This document shows positions 45,165 to 54,982 of a stretch of DNA of 64,000 nt, piece after piece. The notes below the pieces were generated by a model. The model worked only from the letters and a program-made list of their open reading frames with translations, did not search any database and was not told the DNA's origin. The DNA is from Sphingomonadales bacterium (GTDB lineage: Bacteria > Pseudomonadota > Alphaproteobacteria > Sphingomonadales > Sphingomonadaceae): NCBI GenBank assembly GCA_034668565.1, contig JAXDPE010000044.1:997-64996 (forward strand), written 5' to 3'. Positions within the stretch are counted from its first letter, which is position 1. Every line of letters begins with the position of its first letter. The position numbers and the translations under genes are program-made.

Positions 45165-45530
45165 ATGACCGAAGATCGTTTCGATCCTTCCGCGACCGAA
45201 GGACGCTCGCCGGGGCTGGGCGCCGCCATCGACGCCGCGGTGGGCAAGATCACCACGGGGATCGTCATCGCCGGCGCGATCATCGGCCTCGCCGTTTACG
45301 CCCGGCCCGGTCCGCCGCGTTTCGAAGCCTTCGCCTTCGGCAACCGGATCGTCCGGGTCGACTCGCGCACCGGCTCGATCATCGCCTGCGAGGGGCAGCA
45401 GACCTGCGAGCTGGTCCTTCGCAAGGGCCAGCGCCTGACCCGGATCAAGAGGACCGATGCTTTGCCCGCCCCCAGCGCCGCCCCCGTCGCCGCTACGCCT
45501 CTGCCGGCAGCTCCAGCCGCGGGAAAATAG
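45165..45530 (+). CDS. hypothetical single-pass membrane protein
   Basis: 121 aa with TM segment ITTGIVIAGAIIGLAVY and a Pro/Ala-rich tail. The 3' end overlaps the metG 3' end by 38 nt. Confidence 0.4.
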   Translation: MTEDRFDPSATEGRSPGLGAAIDAAVGKITTGIVIAGAIIGLAVYARPGPPRFEAFAFGNRIVRVDSRTGSIIACEGQQTCELVLRKGQRLTRIKRTDALPAPSAAPVAATPLPAAPAAGK

Positions 45531-47055
45531 GCGTCGGCGGTTCCAGAATGAAGCCGGAGGCGGCCAGCCGGGCGTAGCGGCCGGTGTCGGCGAGGATCGT
45601 GAAATCGCGCTCGCCGGCCGGAACGCCCATCTGGTCGAGAAGCTTCGCCGCCGAGGCCGGCACGACGGGGGCGATGGCGATAGCGAGGTCGACAATGGCT
45701 TCGCACAGGCAGGCGAGGACGGCGGTCATCCGCTCCGGATCGGTCTTGCGCAGGGTCCAGGGCGCCTGGGCGTCGATATATTGGTTGCAGGCGAAGACGG
45801 CGCGGATCCAGGATTCGATCCCCTGGCTGAGGCCGAGGTCGGCGAACTGGCTGGGGAGGTCGACCGCCGTGGCCCGACGGACGAGGGCGAGAAGCTCGTC
45901 GTCGGCCCCCTCCCCCCGGCCGCCGGCGGGCAGGATCCCGCCGCAATTCTTGGCGATGAACGACAAGGTGCGCTGGGCGAGGTTGCCGAAGCTGTTGGCG
46001 AGGTCGGCATTGACCCGGGCGACGATCGCCTCGGGGCTGTAGCTTCCGTCCTGGCCGAACGTGACGTCGCGCATCAGGAAATAGCGCACGGCGTCGGCGC
46101 CGAAGCGGTCGATCAGATCGGCCGGGGCGACGACGTTGCCGGCCGATTTGGACATCTTCTCGCCGCGCAGGAGGACATGGCCGTGGCCGAACACCATCCT
46201 GGGAAGCTCGATCCCGGCCGACATCAGGAAGGCGGGCCAGTAGACGGCGTGGAAGCGGACGACGTCCTTGCCGATGATGTGGATGTCGGCTGGCCAGAAC
46301 TTCCTGTAAGCCTCTGATTCCGTGTCCGGATAGCCGACGCCGCTAAGATAGTTGGTGAGCGCGTCGAGCCAGACGTACATGACGTGGCGTCCGTCGCCCG
46401 GCACCTTCACGCCCCAGTCGAAGCTGGTCCGCGAAACCGAGAGATCCGACAGGCCGCCCTCGACGAAGCGGAGCACCTCGTTGCGGCGGCTTTCGGGGCG
46501 GATGAAGCCGGGATTGTCTTTATAATAAGCGAGCAACCTGTCCTGATAGGAGGAGAGGCGGAAGAACCAGCTTTCCTCTACCGTCCATTCGACCGCGGTG
46601 CCCTGGGGCGACAGCTTCTCGTCCCCTTCGCCGGGCGCGAGCTCGCTTTCATCGTAATAAGCTTCGTCGCGAACCGAGTACCAGCCTTCGTACCGGCCGA
46701 GATAGAGATCGCCGCGATCGGCCATGGCCTTCCAGATCGCCTGGCTGGCGCGGTGGTGGGCGGGCTCCGTGGTTCGGATGAAGCGATCGAAGCTGATCTC
46801 AAGCCTGCGATCCATGTCCTTGAACATCGAGGACATTTCATCGGCGAGCGCGGCCGGACTCATGCCTCTCTCGCGCGCGGCCTGAGCCATTTTGAGGCCA
46901 TGCTCGTCGGTTCCGGTCTGGAAGAAGACCTCCCGGCCCATGGCGCGCTGGAACCGGGCGATGACGTCCGTGGCTACCGCTTCGTAGGCGTGGCCGATAT
47001 GGGGCGGCCCGTTGGGATAGTTGATCGCGGTGGTGACGTAGAAAGGCTCGGACAT
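45493..47055 (-). CDS. metG: methionine--tRNA ligase
   Basis: YVTTAINYPNGPPHIGHAYE (HIGH) and KMSKSAGNV (KMSKS). 520 aa. Confidence 0.96.
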   Translation of the reverse strand: MSEPFYVTTAINYPNGPPHIGHAYEAVATDVIARFQRAMGREVFFQTGTDEHGLKMAQAARERGMSPAALADEMSSMFKDMDRRLEISFDRFIRTTEPAHHRASQAIWKAMADRGDLYLGRYEGWYSVRDEAYYDESELAPGEGDEKLSPQGTAVEWTVEESWFFRLSSYQDRLLAYYKDNPGFIRPESRRNEVLRFVEGGLSDLSVSRTSFDWGVKVPGDGRHVMYVWLDALTNYLSGVGYPDTESEAYRKFWPADIHIIGKDVVRFHAVYWPAFLMSAGIELPRMVFGHGHVLLRGEKMSKSAGNVVAPADLIDRFGADAVRYFLMRDVTFGQDGSYSPEAIVARVNADLANSFGNLAQRTLSFIAKNCGGILPAGGRGEGADDELLALVRRATAVDLPSQFADLGLSQGIESWIRAVFACNQYIDAQAPWTLRKTDPERMTAVLACLCEAIVDLAIAIAPVVPASAAKLLDQMGVPAGERDFTILADTGRYARLAASGFILEPPTPIFPRLELPAEA

Positions 47056-47064
47056 GATCAGGCC

Positions 47065-48042
47065 TTAGCGGTTCGGCGCCAGCGATGCGAGCATGCCGGC
47101 AAGCTCGAACACGACGCTCTCGGGCTCGAGCGAGAGGCCGCGGGCGCTGGAGGCCAGATCCTGGGCCCGCTCCCACGTCGCCAGCGCCTGGGCCAAAGCC
47201 GGTCCGCGGCGGTCTTTGGCCTCGGCCGCGATGACCGACGGGGCGCGGGCGAGAAAGGCTTCGTAACGGGGCTGGGCGGATTTGAGGGCAAGGCTCTGGG
47301 CCAGCGCCGAGCGGCGGGCATTGGCCGGATCGCCTTCGCGCAGGAGCTCGGCCATGGCCCGGTCGAGGGCGGCGACGTCGAGGCCCCGCCATGCCAGCGC
47401 CCGCCCCGGCGAGCCCGCGCCGGCCGCCCGCAGGTCCTCGATTTCCCGGTCGTCCGCGTCGGGAAGGGCTGTGCGCAGGGCTGACGTCATGGCGTCGTCG
47501 TCGAGCCTGGAAAGACGGAGCAGGCGGCAGCGCGAACGGATCGTCGGCAGCAATCGCTCAGGCGCGTGGCTGATCAGGAAGAAGACGCTGCTCGGCGGCG
47601 GTTCCTCCAGATTCTTCAGCAAGGCGTTGGCGGCGTTGCGCTCGAGGTCGTCGATCGAATCGACGATCACGGCCCGCCATGGGGACATCGAAGCGGTGGT
47701 GTTGAACAGCCGCTGCAGGGACCGGACCTGATCGACGTTGATGTTGCGGGCAAGCTCGCCGGTGGCGCTGGTCTCGCGCGGCAATCGTTCGAGCCGCATC
47801 AGATCGGGATGGCTGCCGGCCGCGATCAGGTGAGCGGCCGGGTGATCGTCGGGAACGTCCAGGCCGGGAGCCTCCACGCTCTTCTGGCCGTGGGCGAGCA
47901 CCCGGAGCGCGGCCTTGGCGGCGAACAGCGCCTTGCCGATGCCCTTCGGCCCCGAGATCAGCCAGGCGTGGTGGAGCCGCCCCGAATCGAACGCGTCGCG
48001 GAAGTCGGCGACGGCGGCGTCGTGGCCGTGGAGGGGGGTCAC
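47065..48042 (-). CDS. holB: DNA polymerase III subunit delta'
   Basis: HAWLISGPKGIGKALFAAKAA and LKNLEEPP motifs. In the usual tmk-holB-metG position. Confidence 0.85.
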   Translation of the reverse strand: MTPLHGHDAAVADFRDAFDSGRLHHAWLISGPKGIGKALFAAKAALRVLAHGQKSVEAPGLDVPDDHPAAHLIAAGSHPDLMRLERLPRETSATGELARNINVDQVRSLQRLFNTTASMSPWRAVIVDSIDDLERNAANALLKNLEEPPPSSVFFLISHAPERLLPTIRSRCRLLRLSRLDDDAMTSALRTALPDADDREIEDLRAAGAGSPGRALAWRGLDVAALDRAMAELLREGDPANARRSALAQSLALKSAQPRYEAFLARAPSVIAAEAKDRRGPALAQALATWERAQDLASSARGLSLEPESVVFELAGMLASLAPNR

Positions 48043-48662
48043 AGCAGATCCTCGACGGCGGCGAGCAGCCTTGCCGTCACCTCCTCCGCGGAGCCGCTCG
48101 CGTCCACGCGCCGGAACCGCTCCGGCTCGGCCTCGGCGAGCTCGGCGAAGGCGAGCGCGACCCGGTCATGGAAGCCGCCTCCCCTGCCCCCGATCCGGTC
48201 CGAGCCGGCCGAGTCCCGGACTTTCAGGCGCTCGCAGGCCGCCTCGGCCGGCAATTCGAGCAACAAGGTGCGATCGGGCAGGAAGCCCCGGCTTCCGATC
48301 TCGTGAAGCGCCCGCACCGCCTCGATCCCGACTCCGGCGGCGCCGCCCTGATAAGCGAGCGAGCTGTCGAGGAATCGGTCGCTGAGTACCCAGGCGCCCC
48401 GTTCGACCGCGGGGCGGATGGTCCTGGCGACATGGTCGGCGCGGGCCGCCGCGAACAGAAGCGCTTCCGCCTCGGGGGTCCAGCGGTCGTCGCGGCCCTC
48501 CAGAAGCAGCCGCCGGATCGCTTCGGCCCCGGGGCTTCCGCCCGGCTCCCTCGTCTCGATCACTTCGAGGCCGCGGCCGCGCAGCGCCAAAGCCAGCGCC
48601 TTGAGCTGGGTCGACTTGCCGGCCCCCTCGCCGCCTTCGAGGCTGATGAAGCGGCCTTTCAC
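48039..48662 (-). CDS. tmk: dTMP kinase
   Basis: ISLEGGEGAGKSTQ P-loop, TREPGGSP and DRFLDSSLAYQG. Confidence 0.93.
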   Translation of the reverse strand: MKGRFISLEGGEGAGKSTQLKALALALRGRGLEVIETREPGGSPGAEAIRRLLLEGRDDRWTPEAEALLFAAARADHVARTIRPAVERGAWVLSDRFLDSSLAYQGGAAGVGIEAVRALHEIGSRGFLPDRTLLLELPAEAACERLKVRDSAGSDRIGGRGGGFHDRVALAFAELAEAEPERFRRVDASGSAEEVTARLLAAVEDLL

Positions 48663-48663
48663 C

Positions 48664-49833
48664 TCAGCCGAACAGTGACGTCAGGCCGTTCCACATGCGC
48701 CCGAAGAAGCCGGCCTCGCCGACCGCTTCGGAAGCGACGAGCGGCATGGACTGGGGCGGCGTATCGGCCGTCGTGACGACGAGGTCGGCGACATGCTGGC
48801 CCTTGGCGATCGGCGCCTTCAGAGGGCCGTTATAGACGACCTTGGCCCGGATGCTCCCGGCCGATCCCGCCGGCAGGGTCACGGCAATACTGCGCGGGGC
48901 GACCAGGGGCACCGTATCCTCGCCACCGCCCTGGACCTGGGCGTCGGCGACCTTCTCGTTCTGGTTGAACAGAGGCTGCGACTTCCAGGCGCGGAAGCCC
49001 CAGTCCATGAACTTGACCGATTCCTCGATCCTGGCGTTGAAGCTGGGCAGCCCGGCGACGACCATGATGATCCGGCGACCATTCTGATCGGCCGAGCCCG
49101 TGAAGCCGTAGCCCGCCTCGTCGGTGTGGCCGGTCTTGAGGCCGTCGGCGCCGGGCACGCGCCCGAGCAGCGGGTTGCGGTTGCCCTGGGTGATCGGACT
49201 GCCGGCGCCCAGGGTCTTGCCCCAGGTGAATTCGGTCTGGGTATAGAATTGCTTGTAGAAATCGGGCGTCGTCTCGATCGTCGCCCGGGCGAGGGTCGCG
49301 AGGTCGCGGGCGGTGGTGTAGGTGACGCCCGCGTCGGGCCAGCCGTTCGAATTGCCGAAGTTGGAATTCGTCATTCCAAGCCGCTTCGCCTCCTGGTTCA
49401 TCAGGGCCGCGAAGGCGGGCTCGGTGCCGGCCAGGCATTCCGCGAGGACGACGCTGGCGTCGTTGCCGGACAGGGTGACGACGCCGTGGAGGAGGTTCTG
49501 GATGCTGACCTGCTCGCCCGGCGAGAGGAACATGGTCGAGCCGGCCTCGGGGCCGTGCCACTGCTTCCAGGTCTCCGGGCGGACCTGGCAGACGTCGCTC
49601 AGCTTCTTGTCGCCATGCTTGATCATGTTGAAGGCGATGTGCACCGTCATCATCTTGGCCATGGAGGCCGGCGGCATGCGCACGTCGGCGTTCTTCGCGT
49701 AGAGGACCGCGCCGGACGAGGTGTCGATCATGAAGGCGACCTTCGCCTCGGTCTCGAAAGGCGGCGCCGCGGCGGTTGCGGGAAGCGACGAAGCCGCGGC
49801 GAAAGCTATGAGAAACAGGCTTTTGCGGATCAT
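48664..49833 (-). CDS. D-alanyl-D-alanine carboxypeptidase (PBP5/6-type serine hydrolase)
   Basis: SxxK (PASMAKMMT), SGN (TLSGNDAS) and KTG (LKTGHTDEAG) motifs, with a signal peptide. Confidence 0.9.
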   Translation of the reverse strand: MIRKSLFLIAFAAASSLPATAAAPPFETEAKVAFMIDTSSGAVLYAKNADVRMPPASMAKMMTVHIAFNMIKHGDKKLSDVCQVRPETWKQWHGPEAGSTMFLSPGEQVSIQNLLHGVVTLSGNDASVVLAECLAGTEPAFAALMNQEAKRLGMTNSNFGNSNGWPDAGVTYTTARDLATLARATIETTPDFYKQFYTQTEFTWGKTLGAGSPITQGNRNPLLGRVPGADGLKTGHTDEAGYGFTGSADQNGRRIIMVVAGLPSFNARIEESVKFMDWGFRAWKSQPLFNQNEKVADAQVQGGGEDTVPLVAPRSIAVTLPAGSAGSIRAKVVYNGPLKAPIAKGQHVADLVVTTADTPPQSMPLVASEAVGEAGFFGRMWNGLTSLFG

Positions 49834-49920
49834 GGTTGAGACGAGTCCCCTGACGGTAAGATGCTTCGGCTGGAGCGTTGGGTCGTGCTTAACCCTTCCC
49901 CTCGGATCGCGCCAGACCGA

Positions 49921-50979
49921 TCAGCGCGCGATCGCGTCGGCGAGAAGGACGACCGAGAGGGCGTAGAAGTTGGAGCAATTATAGTCGAGGATGGTGCGGT
50001 AGTTGCTGGTGAGCAGGTAGGCGGTTGCGCCCGGGCCGTCGGGCTCGATCAACGAGGCCATCTCGGTGTCGCTCGGCCATGTGCCGTAGGAGGAGACGAT
50101 CCCGAGCCGGCGCCATTCGCCGATCGTCAGCGGGCGGCTGTGACGCTCGAAGACCCGGGGGCAGCGCGGCGCCCGGACGTCGTTGCGGATCCGGCTCCGG
50201 TCGAAGCCCTGCGGGACCCGGACGGCGAAGCCCCAGGGCACGCCTGGCCGCCAGCCGGCATTGTTGAGGTAATTGGCGATCGAGGCGAGCGCGTCGGGTT
50301 CGCTCCGCCAGATGTCGGCGCGGCCGTCGCCGTCGCCGTCGGCGCCGAGCCGAAGCCAGACCGAGGGCAGGAATTGCGGATAGCCGGTGGCGCCCGCCCA
50401 GCTGCCCTTCAATCGGGAGCGGGGGACGCCGCGGTCGATCATCTTGAGGGCGGCGATGAACTCGTCCGAGAAGAGCTGCCGCCGGCGCCCGTCATAAGCG
50501 AGCGAGGCGAGCGAGTTGAGAAGATCGAAATTGCCGGTGACGGCGCCGTAGCTTGTCTCATGACCCCAGATGGCGACGAGCACCGACGGGTTCACGCCAT
50601 AGCGCCGCCCGATTTCGCGAAGACGGGTCAGGTTGGCGTAATAATGGCGCTGCCCGTTGGCGATGAGCTGCGGGGTAACATGCTGAGCACGATAGGGAGC
50701 GAAGGGCGGATTGGCATTACTTCCGGGCCGCCCACCCGGCTGGGCGCGGTCCAGCTCGACCGTCCGCCGGCTGAAAACCAGGTTCGGGAAAACGCTTGCG
50801 ATCGTCGCGGGGCTGACCCCGGCGCGCCGGGCCTGGGCCTCGAGCTGGGGCAGATAGGCCTGAAAGCCCGACTCGAGCGAGCCCGACCCGCTGAACCCGG
50901 ATTGGGCCGGAGCCGAGTTCGACAGCGGAATCATCGCCGCCGCCACGGCCAAGGCCGCTATTCCCCTCACCAAACGCAT
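49921..50979 (-). CDS. lytic murein transglycosylase (MltB/Slt35 family)
   Basis: AIWGHETSYG, GAWAGATGYPQFLPS-like SWAGATGYPQFLPSVW and SNFYALSV. ATG 50977-50979 follows GGAAGGAAG. Confidence 0.85.
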   Translation of the reverse strand: MRLVRGIAALAVAAAMIPLSNSAPAQSGFSGSGSLESGFQAYLPQLEAQARRAGVSPATIASVFPNLVFSRRTVELDRAQPGGRPGSNANPPFAPYRAQHVTPQLIANGQRHYYANLTRLREIGRRYGVNPSVLVAIWGHETSYGAVTGNFDLLNSLASLAYDGRRRQLFSDEFIAALKMIDRGVPRSRLKGSWAGATGYPQFLPSVWLRLGADGDGDGRADIWRSEPDALASIANYLNNAGWRPGVPWGFAVRVPQGFDRSRIRNDVRAPRCPRVFERHSRPLTIGEWRRLGIVSSYGTWPSDTEMASLIEPDGPGATAYLLTSNYRTILDYNCSNFYALSVVLLADAIAR

Positions 50980-51093
50980 ACACTTCCTTCCGCTCGCCGT
51001 CCCTGATGCCACAGGGCCGCGGCCGCCGATACTCGGCTCGGCGCACCGCTTGCACGAGCGGCCCCGCCGCGACTAGAGCGGCCGGACGTCGAG

Positions 51094-51180
51094 GGACAGG
51101 TGGCCGAGTGGTTTAAGGCAGCGGTCTTGAAAACCGCCGTGGGTTCACGCCCACCGTGGGTTCGAATCCCACCCTGTCCG
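51094..51180 (+). tRNA. tRNA-Ser (anticodon TGA)
   Basis: GGACAGGTGGCCGAGTGGTTTAAGGCAGCGGTCTTGAAAACCGCC + long variable arm + GGGTTCGAATCCCACCCTGTCCG. CCA is not encoded. Confidence 0.9.
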
Positions 51181-51184
51181 CCGT

Positions 51185-52477
51185 TCAGCCCGGGCCCGCC
51201 GGCGGGGCAGCCTTGCCGAGCTGGCGAAACTGGACGTTTTTCGCGCCGTTGACGATGAACCGGTCGACCCAGCCGACATTGCCCTGGACGACGTGCCAGT
51301 TGACGAAGCCTCGGGCCGCGTTTTCGGGGTCGCGGAAATCTTCCCGGGTGACCTGATAGCCGTTGCCGAGGCTGAGATCGGCCGGATCGGTGGCTTCCGC
51401 CGCGGTGATCGAATGCTCCACATCGAGCTGCTCGATCGAGAAGCTGTGGCGGCCGGCGAAGGTGACGGGCGTCGTGACCCGATAGGCCAGGACCCGCCCG
51501 AACCTCGAGGCATGATAGCCCGCGTTGAACAGCAGGCCATTGCATCCGGCGCCGAGGTTGATCTCGTCGGCGTCGGTATGCTCGTTGACCTCGAGCAGGT
51601 TGAAATAGCCGGTGATGTTGATGTTCCGAAGCCAGGTGAGCGCCGCATTGTCGTTGCGCGGCGTGACGAGCCCCGAAGTGCCATGGGTGGGCCGGGCCGC
51701 CTGGACCGGGTAGATTCCGGTGTCGATCTGAAGGTTGGCGGCGGTGAGCTGAGACGCGTTGCCCATGTCCACGGCGCCGATCCCCGGATCGTCGTAGGTT
51801 CGGAAGTTGAGGTCCTCGAGCACGACATGGTACCCGGAAAAGCCGCCGAATCCATCGGAGGCGGCGACCTTGAGGATTGCCCCGCCGGTCTTCGCCGACG
51901 ATTTGATGATCGTCCCGGCGTTGCTGACCGGGATCGAACCCACGGACCCGAACTGGGTGACGGGCATCGAGGTGCCGCTGATCTCGATCACCTTGAGCGA
52001 ATTGCCGCCGGCAAGCGGGTAGGCCGGAATCGTCAGATTGGTGACGTTGTAAACGCCGGGCGGAACGACGATCCCGCCGCCGCCGCTTTTGACGACATAA
52101 TCGATCGCCCGCTGCAGCGCGGCGGTGTCGTCGCTTGCTCCGTCGCCTTGGGCGCCGAACCATCTGGCGTCGAGCTTGCCCGAATAGATCCGGACCCAGG
52201 TGCCGCCGGCGCCGGGGACGAACAGAGCCTGGCCGGAGTCGGCGGCGATGTCGGCGGCGCGGGGCCGCCGTTCGAAGCGAAACCACCCTTCCCGGCCCGG
52301 CTCGGTGAGATAGGCCCCCTGGCCCTCCGCAGGACCGGCGAGGGCGGCGAGGAGCGGCCGGCTGGCGACGCTGAGCGCGAACGAGGTCCCCGGCGGCTGG
52401 GCCAGCGTGCCTTCCGGCGCCGCTCCGACCCCGGCCAAGGCCAGCAGAGGCGCCCATCGCCATCGCGCTTTCATCAC
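51185..52477 (-). CDS. right-handed beta-helix protein (pectate lyase superfamily / tailspike-like glycosidase)
   Basis: Signal peptide, then [22 protein letters not shown] (Pectate_lyase_3-type N-terminal motif) and Gly/Asn-rich repeats. The stop lies 4 nt from the tRNA-Ser 3' end. Confidence 0.65.
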   Translation of the reverse strand: MMKARWRWAPLLALAGVGAAPEGTLAQPPGTSFALSVASRPLLAALAGPAEGQGAYLTEPGREGWFRFERRPRAADIAADSGQALFVPGAGGTWVRIYSGKLDARWFGAQGDGASDDTAALQRAIDYVVKSGGGGIVVPPGVYNVTNLTIPAYPLAGGNSLKVIEISGTSMPVTQFGSVGSIPVSNAGTIIKSSAKTGGAILKVAASDGFGGFSGYHVVLEDLNFRTYDDPGIGAVDMGNASQLTAANLQIDTGIYPVQAARPTHGTSGLVTPRNDNAALTWLRNINITGYFNLLEVNEHTDADEINLGAGCNGLLFNAGYHASRFGRVLAYRVTTPVTFAGRHSFSIEQLDVEHSITAAEATDPADLSLGNGYQVTREDFRDPENAARGFVNWHVVQGNVGWVDRFIVNGAKNVQFRQLGKAAPPAGPG

Positions 52478-52573
52478 CGTCTCCTTTGCCGCAACTATGG
52501 CGGAGCGGCGCGGGAGTGGACAGCCCGCTTGCGATTGGCGAAAGGGAGCGATCCGAAGCCGCCGAGGATTTCC

Positions 52574-53764
52574 ATGGCCGATTCACGCCCCCTTCCCTTC
52601 GACTGGGCCGATCCGTTCGCGCTCGAGTCCCAGCTTACGGACGAGGAGCGCCTGGTCCGCGACACGGCCGAGGCCTATGCGCAGGAGAAGCTCCAGCCGC
52701 GGGTCACCGAAGCCTTTCTCGACGAGCGTTTCGACCGCGAGATCATGAGCGAGATGGGGGAGCTCGGACTGCTCGGAGCGACCATCCCGGAAGCTTATGG
52801 CGGGGCCGGCCTGAATTACGTCAGCTACGGCCTCGTCGCCCGGGCGGTGGAGCGGGTCGACAGCGGCTATCGCTCGGCGATGAGCGTCCAGTCCTCGCTC
52901 GTCATGTTTCCGATCCATGCTTACGGTTCGGAGGAACAGAAGCGCAAATGGCTTCCCGGGCTGGCGAGCGGGGCCCTGATCGGCTGCTTCGGGCTCACCG
53001 AGCCTGACGCCGGCTCCGATCCGGGCGGGATGCGGACCCGGGCCGCGAGGATCGATGGCGGCTATCGCCTGTCGGGCTCGAAGATGTGGATCACCAATTC
53101 GCCGATCGCCGACGTCTTCGTGGTCTGGGCCAAGTCGGACGCCCATGACGGCGCGATTCGCGGCTTCCTGCTCGAGAAGGGCATGAAGGGCCTTTCGGCG
53201 CCGAAGATCGGGATGAAGCTGTCGCTTCGCGCTTCGATCACCGGCGAGATCGTCATGGACGGAGTCGAGGTGCCGGAAGAGGCGCTCCTGCCCGAAGTCT
53301 CCGGCCTCAAGGGTCCGTTCGGCTGCCTCAACCGGGCGCGCTACGGGATCGCCTGGGGCTCGATGGGCGCGGCCGAGGCCTGCTATCACGCCGCCCGCAC
53401 CTACACGCTGGACCGCAAGCAGTTCGGCCGGCCGCTCGCCGCCACCCAGCTCGTGCAGATGAAACTTGCCAACATGGTCACGGAAATCACGCTGGGGCTT
53501 CAGGCGGCGCTCAGGGTCGGGCGGCGGATGGACGAAGGCGAGCTTGTCCCGGAGACGATCAGCCTGATCAAGCGCAACAATGTCGGCAAGGCGCTCGACA
53601 TCGCCCGGACGGCACGCGACATGCACGGCGGCAACGGCATCTCGGCCGAATTCCAGGTGATGCGCCACGCGATGAACCTCGAGACGGTCAACACATACGA
53701 GGGGACCCACGACGTCCACGGCCTGATCCTGGGGCGGGCGATCACGGGGATTTCGGCGTTCTGA
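52574..53764 (+). CDS. gcdH: glutaryl-CoA dehydrogenase (acyl-CoA dehydrogenase family)
   Basis: [41 protein letters not shown] and [21 protein letters not shown] at 52574. This is only the 3' part of track ORF 51293..53764. Confidence 0.88.
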   Translation: MADSRPLPFDWADPFALESQLTDEERLVRDTAEAYAQEKLQPRVTEAFLDERFDREIMSEMGELGLLGATIPEAYGGAGLNYVSYGLVARAVERVDSGYRSAMSVQSSLVMFPIHAYGSEEQKRKWLPGLASGALIGCFGLTEPDAGSDPGGMRTRAARIDGGYRLSGSKMWITNSPIADVFVVWAKSDAHDGAIRGFLLEKGMKGLSAPKIGMKLSLRASITGEIVMDGVEVPEEALLPEVSGLKGPFGCLNRARYGIAWGSMGAAEACYHAARTYTLDRKQFGRPLAATQLVQMKLANMVTEITLGLQAALRVGRRMDEGELVPETISLIKRNNVGKALDIARTARDMHGGNGISAEFQVMRHAMNLETVNTYEGTHDVHGLILGRAITGISAF

Positions 53765-53780
53765 CGGTGCGCGAGTTCTC

Positions 53781-53863
53781 CGTCGTCCCTGCGAAAGCCG
53801 GGACCCCAGGACGAGACGTCGCGGCGGGTCTCACCGAGGTCCCGGCTTTCGCCGGGATGACGG
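53781..53863. repeat. palindromic MITE-like element, family B
   Basis: CGTCGTCCCTGCGAAAGCCGGGACCCC ... GGTCCCGGCTTTCGCCGGGATGACGG. Confidence 0.8.
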
Positions 53864-53872
53864 TTCAGCGCC

Positions 53873-54982
53873 GTGGATAAGCCCCTCGCCGGCCTCAAGG
53901 TGGTCGAGCTGGCCCGGATCCTCGCCGGTCCCTGGGCCGGGCAGCTGCTCGCCGATCTCGGCGCCGAGGTGGTGAAGGTCGAGCGGCCGGGAAGCGGCGA
54001 CGATACGCGGCACTGGGGCCCACCGTTCGCGCCCGACGGCGCTTCGGCCTATTTCCACAGCTGCAACCGCGGCAAAAGCTCGGTGGCGATCGACCTCGAG
54101 ACTTCGCAGGGCCAGGCGCAGGTGCGCGGGCTCGCGGCCGAAGCGGACGTCCTCATCGAGAATTTCAAGGTCGGCGGGCTCGCCCGCTACGGGCTCGATC
54201 ACGCTTCCCTTTCCGCGCTCAACCCGAAGCTGGTCTATTGCTCGATCACCGGTTTCGGTCAGACCGGGCCCTACGCCCACCGGGCCGGCTACGACTTCAT
54301 CATCCAGGGGATGGGCGGTGCGATGTCGCTGACGGGGGAGCCGAACGGGCCGCCTCAGAAGTCGGGGCTGGCCTATGCCGACCTTTTCACCGGCCTCTAC
54401 GCCAGCGTCGCCATCCTCGCGGCACTGCGGGAGCGAGAGCGGACCGGGCACGGCGCCCATATCGACATGGCCCTGCTCGACACCCAGGTCGCCGTGCTCG
54501 CCAACCAGGCGTTGAACTGGATGGTGTCAGGGGACGTTCCCACCCGCATGGGCAACGGCCACGCCAATCTCGTTCCCTACCAGGCCTTCGCGGTCGCCGA
54601 CGGCGACATCATCGTGGCGGTCGGCAACGATGCCCAGTTCGAGAGGCTGTGCGGGACCCTGGGCCTCGAACCGCTCGCTCGGGACGACCGCTTCCGGACC
54701 AATCCGGGCCGGGTCGTGAACCGGGCGACGCTGATTCCCCTGCTGGAGCGGGCGATGCTGCGACGCGGTCGTCAGGAGCTGGCCGACGCGCTCGAAGCCG
54801 CCGGGATCCCGGCCGGACCGATCAACGCCGTCGACAAGGTCTTCGCCGATCCGCAGGTCGTCCACCGCGGCCTCCGGATCGAAAGCGAGGCGCCCGGCCT
54901 CGCCTCCCCCATCGTCATCGACGGCAAGCGCCAGGTCGCGGAGGCGCCGGCGCCCCGGCTCGGGGAGCCCGGCCGATGCTGA
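53873..54982 (+). CDS. CaiB/BaiF family (type III) CoA-transferase
   Basis: GLKVVELARILAGPWAGQLLADLGAEVVKVE N-terminus and YADLFTG. It follows gcdH directly. Confidence 0.88.
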   Translation: MDKPLAGLKVVELARILAGPWAGQLLADLGAEVVKVERPGSGDDTRHWGPPFAPDGASAYFHSCNRGKSSVAIDLETSQGQAQVRGLAAEADVLIENFKVGGLARYGLDHASLSALNPKLVYCSITGFGQTGPYAHRAGYDFIIQGMGGAMSLTGEPNGPPQKSGLAYADLFTGLYASVAILAALRERERTGHGAHIDMALLDTQVAVLANQALNWMVSGDVPTRMGNGHANLVPYQAFAVADGDIIVAVGNDAQFERLCGTLGLEPLARDDRFRTNPGRVVNRATLIPLLERAMLRRGRQELADALEAAGIPAGPINAVDKVFADPQVVHRGLRIESEAPGLASPIVIDGKRQVAEAPAPRLGEPGRC

